From the human T2T-CHM13v2.0 reference genome, Homo sapiens: DNA of 64,000 bases. Location: the NCBI RefSeq assembly GCF_009914755.1, contig NC_060937.1; one strand, written 5' to 3'. The notes under the pieces were generated by a model. The model made no database searches. It saw nothing but the letters and a program-made list of their open reading frames with translations, and had not been told where the DNA came from. Positions within the stretch are counted from its first letter, which is position 1, and each line of letters starts with the position of its first letter. Positions 57,002 to 64,000 of this stretch are shown piece by piece. A program made the position numbers and the translations under genes.

Positions 57002-57829
57002 TAGTCATCATTCTGCTGCATTGAGCCTCCCCAGAATGTTGCCCAGATAGGCCCTTGTTGCTTATGTATGATTTGGACCTCCCTTCTACCCACACAGTCC
57101 TGTGAAGCTTCACATCTGCTGGCCTGGGCCTAACACACATAAGCCCATCTCTCCCAGTTCCCCTGTGTTAATCCACCCTTGCATTCCAGAAGCTGAACTC
57201 CAAGTTGAAGATGAATACTTTGTGCCCTGTAACCCAGATTGTCTAGATTTATATTCGTATCTTCTTTTACAGCTGGACCACCCTGGGAAATTTACTTATG
57301 TTTGCTGAAATTGGTTTCTCATCTGTAATATGGATACAAAAAGTAGTACCTAACTCATAGGGTTATTGTTTGTTTGTTTATTTGTTTGTTTGTTTTAATG
57401 AGACAGAGTCTTGCCCTGTCGCCCAGGCTGCAGTGCAGTGGCATGCGATCTCAGCTCACTACAATCTCTGCCTCCTGGTTTCAAAGGATTCTCCTGCCTC
57501 AGCCTCCCGAGTAGCTGGGTTTACGGGTGCCCGCCACCACACGCGGCTAATTTTTGTATTTTCAGTAGAGATGGGGTTTCACCATATTGGCCAGGCTCAT
57601 CTTGAACTCCTCACCTTGTGATCCGCCTGCCTTGGCCTCCCAGAGTGCTGGGATTACAGGCGAGTCACTGCGCCCAGTCTCACAGGATTATTGTTTATGT
57701 GACAGTGTTTATTACAATTCCTGGAACATAGATGTTTAATGAGAAGAAGCTATTATGGCAAGATAATTTATCAAAATATTAAATTCAGTCGTTCCTATAT
57801 CTCCACCCTACCTCTCCAACTGCAAATAA

Positions 57830-58090
<261 letters not shown>

Positions 58091-58270
58091 TGACCTCAAG
58101 TGATCTGCCTGCCTCGGCCTCCCAAAGTGCCAGGATTACAGGCATGAGCCACCGGGCCTGGCCGCAATTTCTTAATTCAGGAATTTTGGCACCAGAAAAA
58201 GGGAGGAGGAAGAGGTCTGTGAAAACCAGAACATACCAAAATCCCCACACAAGCATTCCAAACATCTAGA

Positions 58271-58466
58271 GCTGTGGCTCCCAAATGGGGGTGATTTGCA
58301 CCCCCAGGGGACATTCGGCAATGCTTGGAGGCATTTCTGATTGTCACTACTGTGGGGAGGGTGCTGCTGGTATGTAGTAGGTACCGATTGGGGATACTGC
58401 TAAATATGTAACAATGCACAGGACAGCCCCTCAAATGTCAGCAGCACTGAAGTTGAGACACCCTGA
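58271..58466. mobile_element. MER20 hAT MITE
   Basis: gggggtgatttgcacccccaggggacattcggcaatg...gatactgctaaatat...aatgcacaggacagcccc...gttgagacaccctg; flanks atctagag/atctaggg. Confidence 0.8.
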
Positions 58467-59844
58467 TCTAGGGCCTTGAGGCTAACTTGCTTGGCTGACA
58501 GGTGAGAAACTTGAGTAGGATGTGAGATTGAAGTTGTAAGTGAACAGAGCTGAGCCTTATGAACTGAAAAAAATATAGAATCACTTTGAGAATTCATTAA
58601 GGGAAAGAGGATAACATAGACCAGTTTGGGGATAACAAAGATCATAGGCAGCGTTTAGGGGGAAAAAACACTTTATGTATTTACCCCAAAGTGCACAAAT
58701 CTTAGTATTGTAGCTGTTGATGAAATTATTTTGGCTGGGTGCGGTGGCTCACGCCTGTAATTCCTACACTTTGGAAGGTCAAAGCAGAAAGATGGCTTGA
58801 GACCAGGAGTTCGAGACCAGCCTGGGCAACATAGCGAGACCCCCATCTCTAAAAATAAAAATTAATTAATTAAAATTTATAAAGAAATTATTTTATCAGG
58901 CAGGGTTACTTTCCTTTTGCATCTCATTTTTTTTTTCAGTAAAAACTCTGTATATATTTCTTGTGCTGCTTTTCTGCAGGATATAAAAGAAGTCATTGGT
59001 GCCCATGTTCTTATCCAGAATGTATGGTGGCAATAACAATCAGGAAGAGAAAGTGGACCTTCTCTTTCCTTTGACACCCTTGGAAAATCCGAGTTGCAAT
59101 TTGCTGTGTTCTACATACAAGATAAGGCAACAGGCTTCCTTGGAAAAATGGATTCTCGTGGCTGATATCAGACACTGGAACCCCCCAGCAGTGGGCCCTA
59201 GAGCCCTAGAATCAATTCAGACTTAAATCTGCTCAGCTTGTCAAGTGCACCCATTGGGCATCCGAACCCAAGTGTTGCCAAACAGAGTGGCATGACCACG
59301 GACCATGGACCCTTAAAAAGACTGTTTACATTCTGTTTCATTACACATGTTCACTCCAAATGCTCCCCTAAATATTTTTAAAATGAAAAAACTAATAGCT
59401 ATATTCCTTTATTATTTATTTATTTATTTTTGAGACAGAGCCTCGCTCTGTCGCCCAGACTGGAGTGCAGTGGTGCGATCTCAGCTCACTGTAACCTCCG
59501 CCTCCTGGGCTGAAGGGATTCTTGTACGTCAGCCTCCCGAGTAGCTGGGACTACAGGCACATGCCGCATGTCTGGCTAATTTTTTGCATTTGTAGTAGAG
59601 ATGGGGTTTCACCATGTTGGCCAGGCTGATCTCAAACTCCTGGGCGCACGTGATCCACCCGCGTCGGCCTCCCAAAGTGCTGGGATTACAGGCTGAGCCA
59701 CCACGCCCAGCCTAGCTATATTCTCTGAATCATATTTATTCCTAATATATAAACACCTTGTGTTTTTTTCCTCTTTCAGAATTTCTGTTCATGACTAACT
59801 CTGATTTATCTAAGTTTTAAACTGTTAGACAAACTCTCATCTAA

Positions 59845-60433
<589 letters not shown>

Positions 60434-60907
60434 TGATCTGCTCGCCTTGGCCTCCCAAAGTGCTGAAATTACAGGCGTGAGCCACCATGCCTGGCCTGCT
60501 TTTTTACTTTTGAAATAGTTGTTGGATATTCAACTTTCCATACCATCATCAGTTAATTGAATCTTTAACAGAAATGTCATCTCTGCATCCTCATGCATCA
60601 TTTCCTTGTATTGTCTCTAATAATACAATACAGCCGGTTGAAATCCTTAATGCAAGGGCAGATTTAGTACTCAAGTTATGTTTTCATGGTGCTCTGCCAA
60701 ACTTTGGGGTGAGCATTGACCTACTAAAGAGTCAAGGGGCCTGAGATTAAATCCTGACATCATGTTTTGGCAATAACATATTTTTGGCAAGGCATCAAAT
60801 ACCTCTGTGCTTTAATCTCCTGCCTGTAAAACAGGGGTCATCATTCCGACCCTGCTTACATAAAGGAAGATTCATGTGCTGCGCCTTGAGGGATGGGACA
60901 CCTTCTA

Positions 60908-61375
<468 letters not shown>

Positions 61376-61577
61376 CTAGATTTTTAAGGCAGTTGAATGA
61401 CATGCTAAGAACATTTCTGCTGGACAGGCCAACTCCCTTCCTTTAAAAAAAAAAAAATGTTGGCATGGCACGGTGGCTCACGCCTGTAATCCCAACACTT
61501 TGGGAGGCCAAGATGGGAGGATCACAAGGTCAGGAGTTCGAGACCAGTCTGCCCAACATGGTGAAACTCTGTCTCTA

Positions 61578-61778
<201 letters not shown>

Positions 61779-62268
61779 TCACTATGTTACCCAGGCCAGT
61801 CTTGAACTCCTGAGCTGAAGTATGCTCCTGCCTCAGCCTCCCAAAGTGCTAGGATTACAGGCGTAAGCTTCCACGATCAGCCCCAATTCCCTCCCTAGAA
61901 GCCTCAAAGTACTGCCAAGAGTCCCTTCTGAGTGGGTCTTTACACACGGATGGCCATCCAGATGGACCACCACCTAGCCAGACAATGGGGGGACCTGACA
62001 CATCATCCTTTATGGGGTGGCCAGTAGCCTATGGGTACAGTGGCCTGAAGGCTCTTCCTCATAGGGCCCCTTATGTTAAGTGATTGCTGGTGGGACCACT
62101 TGTTCTCTTTCAGTGGACATATATTGAGTGCTTCAGTAGAATCAGTAAAAATAGAGAGGAGCTGAGTTACTAAGAAGCGGTAGGTACCTGTTGATGGGTG
62201 TAACAGCTCAACGGCTGGCTCAACTGTGCTACAACCTGAATGATCTTCTGCTTCTCGATTACCCATGA

Positions 62269-62623
<355 letters not shown>

Positions 62624-63196
62624 TGAAAGACACTCCCCCACCCCACCGCCCCACCATGAGCAATGACATATAAAGTGAGAGGTGCAGCCAGTGACCACAA
62701 GGCATTTATTTTGCCTGAATGTATCCAGCTGTTATACAGAGCAAGCCTCACTTCTGCCTATTAGCAGAATCCTTTTCTACCCTACCTGAGCTCAATGTTG
62801 AATTTCAACCTTCATCTTATCCTTGAGTTATTCTTGGAGTTTCAGCTTTTCAAGACCTTCATAATCCTTGGTTTTCTTCTCAAGTAAAGAAAAAAAGGCA
62901 GCATTTTAATTTTTTTAAACAGAGGGATTTCACTATGTTGCCCAGGCTGATCTTGAATTCCTGGGCTGAAGCGATCTTCCCGCCTTGGTTTCCCAAAATG
63001 CTGGGATTGTAGCCATAAGACACTGTGCCCAGTCGTTTAAGTTTTCTTCAAATTTTTTTTTTTTTTGAGACGTAGTCTCGCTCTGTTGCCCAGGCTGGAG
63101 TGCAATGGTGATCTCGGCTTACTGCAAACTCTGCCTTCTGGGTTCAAGCCATTTTCCTGTGCCTTTATTATTTATGATAACTTTTTTTTTTTTTGA

Positions 63197-63364
<168 letters not shown>

Positions 63365-63481
63365 TAGTTTTGAACTGCTGAGCTCAATGAATCCAGCCGC
63401 CTTGGCCTTCCAAAGAACTGGGATTACAGGCTTGAGCCATTGCACCCAGCCTTATTTATAGTAATTTTTAAGTGGCCTAGG

Positions 63482-63950
<469 letters not shown>

Positions 63951-64000
63951 GCATTTTATCTACCTGTAATAATTAATAAACTGATTTTTTTAAAAAAACT

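Overview
Human (primate) genomic DNA, very Alu-dense. It contains the 5' end of ABCC4 (MRP4, an ABC transporter) on the minus strand. Coding exon 1 (ATG at 17892, 74 coding nt, [25 protein letters not shown]) lies in a CpG-island promoter (~17380-18560) and is missing from the ORF track. Positions 1-17818 are intron 1; ~18030-64000 is upstream sequence made mostly of repeats: Alus, a truncated L1PA4-like element, an old L1M, solo LTRs (HERV-H LTR7, LTR13A, MER61, THE1/MST, MLT2), an HSMAR2 mariner fossil, several hAT/Tigger MITEs and two Y-RNA retropseudogenes (Y3, Y4). Nearly all ORFs in the track are Alu or low-complexity artefacts. I cannot support a wholly new biological system. The best leads are (i) a three-piece templated mosaic insertion ~1.1 kb upstream of the TSS, (ii) a sense-oriented solo LTR7 inside an Alu ~7.3 kb upstream, (iii) a candidate in-frame 69-nt cassette exon in intron 1, and (iv) a deeply nested transposon stack. 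Repeat family names come from recognition of consensus sequences by eye, not from a database search.
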